From the NCBI GenBank assembly GCA_017451295.1, contig JAFSPW010000110.1:40213-104212 (forward strand): a stretch of DNA of 64,000 nucleotides. Reading direction: 5' to 3'. The notes under the pieces are model-generated. The model had not been told where the DNA came from, did not search any database, and saw only the letters and a list, made by a program, of their open reading frames with translations. Below, piece after piece: positions 28,845-37,456 of the stretch; position 1 is the first letter of the stretch, and each line of letters opens with the position of its first letter. This DNA is from Clostridia bacterium. GTDB lineage: Bacteria > Bacillota > Clostridia > Christensenellales > CAG-138. Made by a program: the position numbers and the translations under genes.

Positions 28845-31229
28845 ATGGGCCGGAGAATAAACAAACGATATTTGCATCATCGCAACCACCGCCGCCTGTG
28901 GCGGTGGCTGTTTTGCCTTGCCGGGGCGGTGCTGGTGCCTGTCATCGCCCTGGCTGCGTATGTATTGAGCCGGGATGCCTGGCGGGCTTTGAGCGAGGAG
29001 AAGCTGCGCTTTGAAACCCTGTCGTTGCAGGTCTATGACCGGGAGGATAGGGTCTGCTCCATTTTGGGCCCCGGGGAAAACCGGCTGCTCGTGGATGTTG
29101 AGGAGCTGCCGGAGCATGTGAAGCAGGCTTTCATCTCCGCCGAGGATGCCCGGTTCTATGAGCATCCGGGCGTGGACGTAATACGGGTGCTCGGGGCGGC
29201 CTGGAGCGACATCAAGGCCGGGTCCTTTGTGGAGGGGGCCAGCACCATCACCCAGCAGCTGATAAAGCTCACACACCTGACCAGCAAAAAGGAGCTGTCC
29301 CGGAAGGTGGACGAGGCCATCCTATCGCTGCTACTCGAGAAGCGGTTCACCAAGGACCAGATTCTGGAACTGTATCTAAACACGGTATACTTTGGCGGCG
29401 GCTACTACGGTCTGGAGACCGCCGCCCACGGGTACTTCGGCATCAGCGCAAAAGAGCTCAGCTTAGCCCAGGCGGCGCTGCTGGCCGGGGTATTAAAGTC
29501 CCCCTCCCGGTTTGCCCCTCACCTTCGGCCGGAGGCTTCCCTGGGGCGGCGAGGGGTCATACTGGATTTGATGGCGGAATACGGCTGCATCACAACGGCG
29601 CAGGCGCAGGCCGCCAAGGCGGAGCCCCTGAGTCTCAACCGGGACCCGGCGCTCGAAAAGCGGGGCTACTATGTGGACTATGCCCTGCAGCAGGCCTGCG
29701 ATTTGCTGGGGGTGAGCATGGATCAGCTGCTTTCAGAGGGGTATCACCTGTACACCGCCATGGACCAGAGGGCAAACGGGCTCTGCGAGGACCTGTTTTT
29801 GGAGGATGACCTGTTCCCTGAGGTGAACGGGGAGCACGCCCAGGGGGCCATCTTCCTTATGGATGCCCAGCAGGGGCAGGTCATCGCCCTGGTGGGGGGA
29901 CGGGACCAGACCGTGGCCCTGGGCTATAACCGGGCGGTGCGTATTCGCCGTCAGCCCGGGTCCGTCATAAAGCCCATATTGGTCTATGCCCCGGCCCTGG
30001 AAGCCGGGTACACGGCGGCGGATGTGCTGCTGGATGAGGCAGCCACCTTCGGAGACTATGCCCCCTCCGATGCCAGCAAGCGGTATTCCGGCTGGGTGAC
30101 CATGCGGGAGGCGGTGACGAGATCCCTGAACATTCCGGCGGTGGAACTGTTTGACCGGCTGGGCATCGGCCGGTGCAAGAGCTTTGCCCGGAATCTGGGC
30201 ATCCCCTTTGATAAAAACGATACCCGGCTGGCACTTGCCCTGGGGGGCTTTACCTATGGGGTGTCGCCCAAGGACCTGTGCGCCGCCTATGCCGCCTTTG
30301 CCGCCGGCGGGGTCTATCGAGCCCCTGTGGTGGTTCGCCGCATCACGGACCGGGAGGGAAAGACGGTGTATGAAGCCTCCCCCGCCGCCCGCCGGGTGAT
30401 GAGTGAAGGGAACGCCTTCATCCTCACGAGCATGCTGCAAAGCGTGGCCACGGAGGGCACGGCCAAGGTGTTGGGGGAACTGGATATGGAGGTAGCGGCC
30501 AAGACCGGCACCGTGGGGGATGCCACGGGGAATAGGGACGTGTGGCTGGCAGCCTACACCAGGGACTATGCGGCGGTCATCTGGATGGGCTTTGACCAAA
30601 GCGGGGGCGGGCGGCTCCTGCCCCCGGATTCCGGCGGCGGCGACTACCCCGCAGGGCTGATGAAGCGGGTGCTGGAAGGGCTGTACCTGGGCAAGCAAGC
30701 ACCGACCTTTACCCAGCCCAGCTCCGTCATCTCCGTGCGGCTGGACGGATACACCATGCAGGAACGGCACGAGGCGGTGCTCGCCACCGCCTTCACCCCG
30801 GAACGGTATGACCTTTGGGAGTACTTTGTCCGGGGCACGGAGCCCCGGCAGGAGAGTACCTATTGGGCGGAGCCGGAGCCGCCGCAGGATTTGCAGCTAA
30901 GCCGCATCGGCACGCAGGTGACCCTCACCTTCACGCCCCCGACAAGCTATGCCCGGTATCTGCTCTATAAGCAGGACAGCAACGGCTATTCGAGGCTCCT
31001 GTTCACCTTTGAAGGGGACGAAGCGCCCAGGTACACGGATTCCGTGGCGCTCGACAGAGGCTTTATCTCCTACTATGTGGTGCCCCTGCACCCGATGATA
31101 CTCATTAACGGCAGTCCCTTAGCTGGTCCCGCCTCCAAAGCGGTCAGCACCACGGTGCTTTTAGAGGGGCTGGCAGAAAATGAAGCCAATCCTGCAACAG
31201 AGGCCGATAATTCGACAGATTCTGCATAA
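28845..31229 (+). CDS. Class A penicillin-binding protein (PBP1A family: glycosyltransferase + transpeptidase)
   Basis: GT51 motifs ISAEDARFYEH and GASTITQQL. Transpeptidase motifs SVIKP (SxxK), SLN (SxN) and KTGT. N-terminal TM anchor. Confidence 0.9.
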   Translation: MGRRINKRYLHHRNHRRLWRWLFCLAGAVLVPVIALAAYVLSRDAWRALSEEKLRFETLSLQVYDREDRVCSILGPGENRLLVDVEELPEHVKQAFISAEDARFYEHPGVDVIRVLGAAWSDIKAGSFVEGASTITQQLIKLTHLTSKKELSRKVDEAILSLLLEKRFTKDQILELYLNTVYFGGGYYGLETAAHGYFGISAKELSLAQAALLAGVLKSPSRFAPHLRPEASLGRRGVILDLMAEYGCITTAQAQAAKAEPLSLNRDPALEKRGYYVDYALQQACDLLGVSMDQLLSEGYHLYTAMDQRANGLCEDLFLEDDLFPEVNGEHAQGAIFLMDAQQGQVIALVGGRDQTVALGYNRAVRIRRQPGSVIKPILVYAPALEAGYTAADVLLDEAATFGDYAPSDASKRYSGWVTMREAVTRSLNIPAVELFDRLGIGRCKSFARNLGIPFDKNDTRLALALGGFTYGVSPKDLCAAYAAFAAGGVYRAPVVVRRITDREGKTVYEASPAARRVMSEGNAFILTSMLQSVATEGTAKVLGELDMEVAAKTGTVGDATGNRDVWLAAYTRDYAAVIWMGFDQSGGGRLLPPDSGGGDYPAGLMKRVLEGLYLGKQAPTFTQPSSVISVRLDGYTMQERHEAVLATAFTPERYDLWEYFVRGTEPRQESTYWAEPEPPQDLQLSRIGTQVTLTFTPPTSYARYLLYKQDSNGYSRLLFTFEGDEAPRYTDSVALDRGFISYYVVPLHPMILINGSPLAGPASKAVSTTVLLEGLAENEANPATEADNSTDSA

Positions 31230-31234
31230 AAAGA

Positions 31235-31263
31235 TTGACTATTCATGACGGGGTGTATATAAT
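31235..31263 (+). promoter_or_regulatory. Near-consensus sigma-A promoter for the GntR gene
   Basis: TTGACT (31235-31240), 17-nt spacer, TATAAT (31258-31263), 27 nt upstream of the GTG start. Confidence 0.6.
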
Positions 31264-31290
31264 ATGCTGTATTAAAAGTAACAACTGGGA

Positions 31291-31968
31291 GTGAGTAAGC
31301 GTATGGATTATCGTGAATTGATGAATGCGGTGGGTCCCCGCACGGGTCAAACCCAGGAGTGGGTATGCCGGGTGCTGCGGGAAGGCATCACCAGCGGCAA
31401 GCTGCAGCCGGGAATGCAGCTAAAACAGGATGAAGTTTCTGCCGCCCTGTCCGTCAGCCACATTCCCGTGCGGGAAGCCTTGCGGCAGTTGGAAGCCCAG
31501 GGATTGGTCACCATCCATCCCAACCGGGGCTCCGTGGTGACCTCTTTGGATCGCTCCGCTTTGGAGGATATGATGGAGATTCGGGCCAGCATCACCTATC
31601 AGCTGGCAAAGCGAGCTGTCCCGCTGATGACACAAGAGGACTTTGCCCAGATGCAGGAGCTCATCGAGGCCCAGAAGCAGACCGCCGATGCCTTTGAAGA
31701 GGAGCGGCTGAACTATCGCTTCCATGAGATTATCACCCATCGGGCCAACAACAAGGTGGCCGATATGTTCATCGACCTGATTCACTATAATGCCGATCGG
31801 TATCTAAGGGGTGCGTTCTATGCCGATGAGGCCCGCCGCACCCGCTCTATCAGCGAGCACCAGGCCATTTTGGATGCCTGCCGGGCCGGGGATGCGGACA
31901 AGGCCTGCACCCTGCTGCACGACCATATTCTGGATGCCCGCAACTGCATCCCGGAGAACATGGCCTAA
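31291..31968 (+). CDS. GntR family transcriptional regulator (FadR/FCD subfamily)
   Basis: Winged-helix LKQDEVSAALSVSHIPVREALRQLEAQGLV plus an all-helical FCD-like C-terminal domain (HEIITHRANNK, EHQAILDACRAGD). Confidence 0.85.
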   Translation: MSKRMDYRELMNAVGPRTGQTQEWVCRVLREGITSGKLQPGMQLKQDEVSAALSVSHIPVREALRQLEAQGLVTIHPNRGSVVTSLDRSALEDMMEIRASITYQLAKRAVPLMTQEDFAQMQELIEAQKQTADAFEEERLNYRFHEIITHRANNKVADMFIDLIHYNADRYLRGAFYADEARRTRSISEHQAILDACRAGDADKACTLLHDHILDARNCIPENMA

Positions 31969-31971
31969 GGG

Positions 31972-32139
31972 TCAGGTATAGATGCGGTAGTATAGGACCA
32001 GTCCCAATACTGCAAGCACCAAAAGAAGCAACAGAATCATGGCAAGAGCGGCAGCAATGCCGCTCTTTTTTGCGGTGTAGAATATGTACAGGCCTGCATA
32101 CAGGAGCACGCCTCCTGCCATGGGCAAGAAAAACACCAT
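31972..32139 (-). CDS. 55-aa two-TM small membrane protein (unannotated; candidate germinant-receptor D-type subunit)
   Basis: Hand-found ORF below the track's 60-aa cutoff. AAGGAGGT RBS, ATG 32139, MVFFLPMAGGVLLYAGLYIFYTAKKSGIAAALAMILLLLLVLAVLGLVLYYRIYT, stop at 31972. Starts 12 nt after the gerAC stop. Confidence 0.5.
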   Translation of the reverse strand: MVFFLPMAGGVLLYAGLYIFYTAKKSGIAAALAMILLLLLVLAVLGLVLYYRIYT

Positions 32140-32151
32140 TATATACCTCCT

Positions 32152-33309
32152 TTATTCGAGCGCCGGGTCCTTGGGCGCATGGGACAGCTTTACATTCACA
32201 TCAAATGCAGCTTCCATCTGCTGCAGGTGGGAGGAAAAGGCGTATGCCTCCCAGGCCTTTGTGGTCTGAAAGCTGCCGATAGCCTCCTCCCCCAGGCAAA
32301 ACACATCCGCACCGGCGGCTTTCGTGGCCTCAAACACCCTACAAAGCTCCCCTTGCAGGTGGGTACGGATGGCCTCTATCAGCTCCCCGGAAGGGGCATC
32401 CACCTGTAGCGGCTGTTCTACATCCGCTTCCAAAGTGAGAGTGCAATAAAAGGTGTTCCCCTCCATCCTGCGGCGGGGCTTTTTTAGGGCATAGAGGGCC
32501 ACATTGACCGTCTCCCCCCGAAAGGGAATTTGGGCATGGCCCTGAAAGAAGGTGCCCTTTGCCATGAGCACCAGCATGGTATGCTGGCCGCTAAGAAGCC
32601 CCACCATCCTATCCTGGGCAAAGACGGCGCTGCCGCAAAGGGTGCTGCCAAGCTGTCCTTCCCCCAGGAGGCGGCCGCCCAGATAGGGATAGGCTTGTCC
32701 CCCGGCCATGTCCGCCCGGGGCAGGCCGTCGTTCTTGCCGCAATAGGGCAAGAGGGCGTCTCCGGTTTCGTTTTTGAAGGCTTCCAGCATGCGGTTTAGC
32801 CCCCAATCCTCCACAAAGCCATAGTTGCGTTCGTATCGCTTCACGTTGGATTTGAGCCGGTTCAGGCTGGGGTCGTCGTTGCTGATAAGGCCCAAAAAGG
32901 TCTCCTCCATGTCCGTCTCCACCACGATGACCCGGATGTTGTGGCGAATCTTCAGCCGCCCCAGGGCGCCGTCCGTAATGGCCCGTATCTCCCCCGCCTC
33001 GGCAAGGTCCCTCGAGAAGGCCATGAGGGTGGTGCGCTCGAAGGACAGCTGAGCCGGCAGGGTGCCGGACAGGGCTTCGATGGCATCAAAGAGGCTTCGC
33101 TCCTCCGCCTGAACCAGGGTGGTGTTGCCCCTGCCCTCCTCCTCCCCTGCGTCCCGGTTCAACAGGAACACGAACCGATAGGGCAGGTTCTCCCCTCGCT
33201 CCACGCCGATGTCCAGCACATAGCAGAAGCTGTCCAGGGGTGCCCCCTGAAGACAGCCCGTAAGCAGCAGCTGACAGCCCATCAGCATTAGGCAAAGCAA
33301 GCGTTTCAT
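32152..33309 (-). CDS. gerAC: Germinant receptor C subunit (Ger(x)C lipoprotein)
   Basis: MKRLLCLMLMGCQLLLTGC lipobox and GerAC-like body. The N-terminal 319 aa of track ORF 32152..34266 overlap gerAB out of frame and are rejected. Confidence 0.8.
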   Translation of the reverse strand: MKRLLCLMLMGCQLLLTGCLQGAPLDSFCYVLDIGVERGENLPYRFVFLLNRDAGEEEGRGNTTLVQAEERSLFDAIEALSGTLPAQLSFERTTLMAFSRDLAEAGEIRAITDGALGRLKIRHNIRVIVVETDMEETFLGLISNDDPSLNRLKSNVKRYERNYGFVEDWGLNRMLEAFKNETGDALLPYCGKNDGLPRADMAGGQAYPYLGGRLLGEGQLGSTLCGSAVFAQDRMVGLLSGQHTMLVLMAKGTFFQGHAQIPFRGETVNVALYALKKPRRRMEGNTFYCTLTLEADVEQPLQVDAPSGELIEAIRTHLQGELCRVFEATKAAGADVFCLGEEAIGSFQTTKAWEAYAFSSHLQQMEAAFDVNVKLSHAPKDPALE

Positions 33310-34385
33310 ACTTTCCTCCCCATAAGCAGCAGCATCCCCAGAACAGGCAACAAAAACAGCCAGTATCCCCAGCGATACACCGCCGCCGTGGCGGTCTGAA
33401 TGGGGGCCGCATCCAGGTTGACCAGCAGCAGTAAACCGCACACCAGCAGCACCCAAAGGGCACCGGCGGGACGAATGTCCTGCACATGAAAGAGGGCACA
33501 GAACAGCAGCGCCGCCCCATAGATACAGAACCCGGCGGCAACCAACCCGCAGAGCACCCAAAGAAACAGCACCAGCACATCGAGCCGCAGGGCCAACCGC
33601 TCCTGCCGGGCGGCCATGGTCATGCAATAGATGGGGGCGCTGACCTCCTTTAGGTCCGTGGCAAAGAAGGTGAGCCCCACCCCGAGCTGCATCCCCACGG
33701 CCCCGATGCCGCCCAAAAGAAGCCCCACGGTCAGGCTTTTTCTGGCATGTATGAGTCCCTGACAGCCCCTGGCCACGACCAGCAGCCCGAGTCCCGGGGG
33801 CAAAAAGCGGGCCGTGGCCTCCAGCGTTTGTCGAAGAAAGGCCTTCCAGCCGGGGCTGAACAGGGGGTATAGGTGGTGAAGGGCGAAGGCGGGGCTGGCT
33901 AAAGCTAAGGTCAGCACCAGGCTGATGAGGGCCGAAATGACCATCAGCTTTCCCGTGCGAGCGATGCACTCCATGCCAAGGCACACGAGCAGCAGCAGAA
34001 CCGGCAGCATCCAGGCGCCCATGGGCACATAATCCGCCTCCACATAGATATACCGCTCCATGGCCAGGGTGAAGCGAAACAGGGGCAGCAGGGCGCAAAG
34101 GGCAAAGCCGAGCATCAGGGATACGCCAAAGAGATACCGCAGGGGCGGCCAAAGCCCATCCAATACATCTATCAGACTCTGCACACGCCTTGCCTCCATG
34201 GCCTTGACAAGAAGGAGCAGCAACAGCAGCGACAGCAGCAGGCCTGCCCCTGTGGCAAGATAGCATACGTTCCCTTTTTCGTAGGTCTCCCCCACGTTGA
34301 CGGAGAACACACCCGAAACGAGGGCACCCAGACCCACCGCGGCGGCGCTCTCCTGCAGACCGAAGCGACCAAGGCGCAGGTTCAT
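33306..34385 (-). CDS. gerAB: Germinant receptor B subunit (APC-type permease-like)
   Basis: About 10-TM protein beginning MNLRLGRFGLQESAAAVGLG. ATGA overlaps with both neighbours. Confidence 0.8.
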   Translation of the reverse strand: MNLRLGRFGLQESAAAVGLGALVSGVFSVNVGETYEKGNVCYLATGAGLLLSLLLLLLLVKAMEARRVQSLIDVLDGLWPPLRYLFGVSLMLGFALCALLPLFRFTLAMERYIYVEADYVPMGAWMLPVLLLLVCLGMECIARTGKLMVISALISLVLTLALASPAFALHHLYPLFSPGWKAFLRQTLEATARFLPPGLGLLVVARGCQGLIHARKSLTVGLLLGGIGAVGMQLGVGLTFFATDLKEVSAPIYCMTMAARQERLALRLDVLVLFLWVLCGLVAAGFCIYGAALLFCALFHVQDIRPAGALWVLLVCGLLLLVNLDAAPIQTATAAVYRWGYWLFLLPVLGMLLLMGRKV

Positions 34386-35974
34386 AGCCCCGCCTCCCCG
34401 TTCATATCGTCCTGGGCTTGCCCCTGGCCCCGGATGGTACCGCGGTAGAAAAGGGGCTCCCGCTGGACGGTCTTGGGCGCCACGGGAGAGAGAAAGGGCA
34501 CGCCGAAGGATTTTTGGTTGGCTAACAGCGCCAACGCCCCCAACAGGCCGCAGCTGACCCCCAGCAAGCCGCCCCAGACCGCCAGCAGGCACAGCAGCAC
34601 CCGATAGTAGGCCACGGTGATTTGCAGGTCATAGTTGGGAATGACGAAGTTGCCGAGGCCCGTCAGGGCCACGATGATAAGGGCCACCGTGGAGACGAAG
34701 TTGGCGGACACCGCCGCCTGCCCTAGAATGAGACCGCCGATGATGCCCACGGTTTGGCCCACGGCCCCGGGCGCCCTCACCCCCGCCTCCCGAACCAACT
34801 GGAACACCAGCAGCAAAAACACCATCTCCATGCCCATGGGCATGAACACCAGCTTTCGGGAGGAGATGACGGTGGAGAGCACCTCCGCCGACAGCAGCCC
34901 CTGATGGTGATAGGCAAGGGCCAGGAAATAGGCGGGCATGAGCACGGACACCCCCACCCCAAACAGGCGCACGAACCGAAGGATGGAGCCCGTGGGCCGC
35001 CGTAGATAGGTGTCCTCCGCCGTCAGCAGCAGCCCCGTCAGGGTGATGGGCAGCACCAATGCCTGGGGACTGCCCTCCACCAGGATGACCACCTTCCCTC
35101 CCATGATGGCGGCTGCCGCCCGGTCGGGCCGTTCCGTCAGCAGCGTTTGGGGCACCGGGGACAGGGGGCTGTCCTCGATGCGCTGGCCCAGGGTCCCCGC
35201 CGACAGCAGCATATCGGTGCTGATGGCGGACAGGCGCCGCTTCACCTCCTGCAGAAGGGACTGGTTGCACACGGTGCCAAGATAGCACAGGGCCAGCTTG
35301 GCGTTGTTCTTGCTGCCAGTCTCGCGAAACTCGCACACCAAATCCGCCCGGCGAATCATGCGCCGCAGCAGGGTGATGCTGGTACGCAGATTCTCATGGA
35401 AGGCTTCTGCGGGGCCGAGAATGGTGCTTTCGTTTTCCGCCGTGCCCACGGCCCGGCAGGCATAGCCCCGCACATCCAGCAAGATGGCCGCGGGCTCGCC
35501 CTCCAGGAAAACCGCCGCCCGCCCCTCTAAGATGGCTTCCTCCACCTCAGGCCAGCTTTGGGTGGGCTCCGCCTCCAAAAGGGAAAAGACCTCTTTTATG
35601 GCATAGTCAACAACATCGGTTCCTCTCTTTGGCGGCATTGCACTTTCCATGGCTCGCTTTAGGACGAAGTCGTTTATCTGCTGGGCATCGGCCATGCCGT
35701 TTATGCCGACCACGCAGGCAGGCACCTGGCCGCAAAAGAGGAAGTCCCGAAGTATCAGGTCCGGGTTGATTTGCCCCCAAAAGGCGGAGGTGAGCCGGTC
35801 TTTGTTCCCTTTCAGGTGCCGCTCGACCCGGCGTTCGTCCGGGTATTGAGGGGCTTTTTGTCGAGAACGGCCATGAAAAAAGGACGGGGCTCCCGCTTCC
35901 GTTTCCAGAAGCTCGAACCGACCGTCCGGCGTGTCAAAACCAAGCTTTTGTGCCAAGGCATTCCATCTTTCCAT
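34382..35974 (-). CDS. gerAA: Germinant receptor A subunit (GerA family)
   Basis: 530 aa. Soluble N-terminal domain plus C-terminal TM bundle (RRPTGSILRFVRLFGVGVSVLMPAYFLAL..., GLGNFVIPNYDL) characteristic of the GerAA/SpoVAF family. Confidence 0.85.
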   Translation of the reverse strand: MERWNALAQKLGFDTPDGRFELLETEAGAPSFFHGRSRQKAPQYPDERRVERHLKGNKDRLTSAFWGQINPDLILRDFLFCGQVPACVVGINGMADAQQINDFVLKRAMESAMPPKRGTDVVDYAIKEVFSLLEAEPTQSWPEVEEAILEGRAAVFLEGEPAAILLDVRGYACRAVGTAENESTILGPAEAFHENLRTSITLLRRMIRRADLVCEFRETGSKNNAKLALCYLGTVCNQSLLQEVKRRLSAISTDMLLSAGTLGQRIEDSPLSPVPQTLLTERPDRAAAAIMGGKVVILVEGSPQALVLPITLTGLLLTAEDTYLRRPTGSILRFVRLFGVGVSVLMPAYFLALAYHHQGLLSAEVLSTVISSRKLVFMPMGMEMVFLLLVFQLVREAGVRAPGAVGQTVGIIGGLILGQAAVSANFVSTVALIIVALTGLGNFVIPNYDLQITVAYYRVLLCLLAVWGGLLGVSCGLLGALALLANQKSFGVPFLSPVAPKTVQREPLFYRGTIRGQGQAQDDMNGEAGL

Positions 35975-36003
35975 GGGGAAAGTGTTGACCGCTTTCCCCT
36001 TCC

Positions 36004-36729
36004 CTATTCCTCCATTTCAAAGAAGGCGCGAAGGGTGTTGGTCTCTGCCTCGGTGATGGTGACGATGTGCTTGCTCCCCGCCATGCCGTAGCTGAGTTTC
36101 ACCCGCTCCCCGGGGAGAATCTGGCGGCGATACACCACCGTCATATGGGAAAAGGCATCCATATCCACCGCTGCGGGCAGAGCTTCCAGCGCTAAGTCCA
36201 GATAGGCCACGTTGTGCACATGGTGGTTGCAGTCAATCATGGCTCGGGTGATGGAGGTCTGCAAGGTCCATACGGGCTCGAACGCTGCCGGCTCCCGAGG
36301 GAAGGCAAAATCCGGGTAGTTCTGCCGCTCCGGCTCCGGTTTGTAGGGAGCCATTATCTCCGGGGTGATGCGCTGCACATGGGTGTTGTTCTCGTCCAGC
36401 ACCATCCAGGCGGAGGTACCCTTGGCGCACAGCCGCCCTGCTTCATCATGCAGCAGAAAATCCCGGCCCGTCTGCAGGCGGTTGGCCTGCTGGGCCCAGG
36501 TGATGCCATGGACAGTCTCGGTCATCTTGGGCCGATGCAGCACTTCCAGGTGCCAGCCCACCACGACCCAGGAAAGGTGGCACTTGTCCCTGTCCCCCAG
36601 GCCCTGGCCGATGCGGGTGCCATGCAAACAGGCCAGGTTGCTCATCATGGTGATATAGCCCTTGTTGCTCAGGCCCAGGTCCGTGCCCGTGTCCTCCAAG
36701 CGCACAAAAAAGTCTTGTTCTACCTGCAT
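36004..36729 (-). CDS. Acyl-ACP thioesterase
   Basis: 241 aa double hot-dog. WVVVGWHLEVLHRP, TSAWMVLD and DCNHHVHNVAYLD motifs resemble the FatA/FatB-type bacterial acyl-ACP thioesterase. Confidence 0.75.
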   Translation of the reverse strand: MQVEQDFFVRLEDTGTDLGLSNKGYITMMSNLACLHGTRIGQGLGDRDKCHLSWVVVGWHLEVLHRPKMTETVHGITWAQQANRLQTGRDFLLHDEAGRLCAKGTSAWMVLDENNTHVQRITPEIMAPYKPEPERQNYPDFAFPREPAAFEPVWTLQTSITRAMIDCNHHVHNVAYLDLALEALPAAVDMDAFSHMTVVYRRQILPGERVKLSYGMAGSKHIVTITEAETNTLRAFFEMEE

Positions 36730-36744
36730 ATTTTCCTCATCTTT

Positions 36745-37069
36745 CTACTTGATTATCTGTAGATTCGCATCCGTCATCAGCCGTTCCAGAGAGTAGCAGA
36801 ACAGCAGTTCCTGTGCCCCATACTCCTTGCAAACCTCCGCCACGCTGCCCCGATAGTAGCGCGGATCCACCATGACGATACGCCGATAGCTGGGAACCAG
36901 CAGGGGCGTCCCAAAAAAGGCTCGCATACTTGAACACGAACAGCAGCAGCAGGTTGACCGTCACGCTGATGAGCAGAAAGAGCTTTTTGCGTTTGGGCCA
37001 TCTGTCCATGGCAAAAAGGCGAATAAAAAGGTAAGGGATGAAAAAACCATAGGCGCCAGCCTTTATTCA
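36745..37069 (-). pseudogene. Deletion scar: internal MBOAT (AlgI/DltB-like) fragment fused out of frame to the C-terminal tail of a DHHW-like protein
   Basis: Frame A reads GAYGFFIPYLFIRLFAMDRWPKRKKLFLLISVTVNLLLLFVFKYASLF, an MBOAT region normally about 60-110 aa into the protein, preceded by an in-frame stop. The +1 frame continues PLLVPSYRRIVMVDPRYYRGSVAEVCKEYGAQELLFCYSLERLMTDANL, which resembles DHHW-family C-termini. Confidence 0.45.
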
Positions 37070-37170
37070 AAAATCTACTTATTCTATCATGGCCCCCCTG
37101 GTTTTTCAACCACCATTCGCCCTGTGCTATCCACGCAAAAAGCCACCTGAGCATTAGGTAGTATACCGCC

Positions 37171-37275
37171 CAAAGCACCGGGAATGCGGCCCCAGTACAC
37201 GGGCCACTTCAAATCGCGAAAGCCCGCCCCGGGAATGAGCACAATTGGATATTGAGTTTGGCAGGAGTAAGGCAA
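37171..37275 (-). pseudogene. Orphan 5' fragment of the lipase gene (left copy of a 100-nt direct repeat)
   Basis: 37171-37270 is 98/100 identical to 41453-41552. Encodes MPYSCQTQYPIVLIPGAGFRDLKWPVYWGRIPGAL versus MQDYSCQTQYPIVLIHGAGFRDLKWPVYWGRIPGAL of the intact gene, then diverges and stops. Confidence 0.8.
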
Positions 37276-37366
37276 GTGGCTAAAATTGCCATTTACCGCC
37301 GTAGAAGAAGCAGTATCTTCATAGTTTGTTTTGGTAAGTGATCAACATGAGCGCTTACCAGATTTC

Positions 37367-37406
37367 TGGCAAGGGCAAAGGATAATTTCCATTTTTGCCG
37401 TTGCCA
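37367..37406 (+). promoter_or_regulatory. 13-bp-arm inverted repeat (operator-like) overlapping the -35 of the hipA-like gene
   Basis: TGGCAAGGGCAAA (37367-37379) pairs with TTTGCCGTTGCCA (37394-37406), 12/13 complementary, 14-nt spacer. Confidence 0.6.
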
Positions 37407-37429
37407 AAGCGGATAAAACGGGGTATAAT
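37401..37429 (+). promoter_or_regulatory. Sigma-A-type promoter of the hipA-like gene
   Basis: TTGCCA (37401-37406), 17-nt spacer, TATAAT (37424-37429). RBS GAAAGGGGG lies 7 nt before ATG 37457. Confidence 0.55.
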
Positions 37430-37456
37430 AACGGTGGTAAGAAAGGGGGTTAATTC

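Noticed and set aside
32152-34266. 704-aa ORF suggesting a giant GerC fusion
   Set aside because: Only the C-terminal 385 aa (from MKRLLCLMLMGCQLLLTGC, ATG 33309) look like a Ger(x)C lipoprotein. The upstream 319 aa are Pro/Arg/Gly-rich and overlap the gerAB frame.
37347-37385. 12-codon mini-ORF (MSAYQISGKGKG) upstream of the hipA-like gene as a possible antitoxin
   Set aside because: It is too short for an HTH antitoxin, has no convincing RBS, and overlaps the hairpin/operator region.
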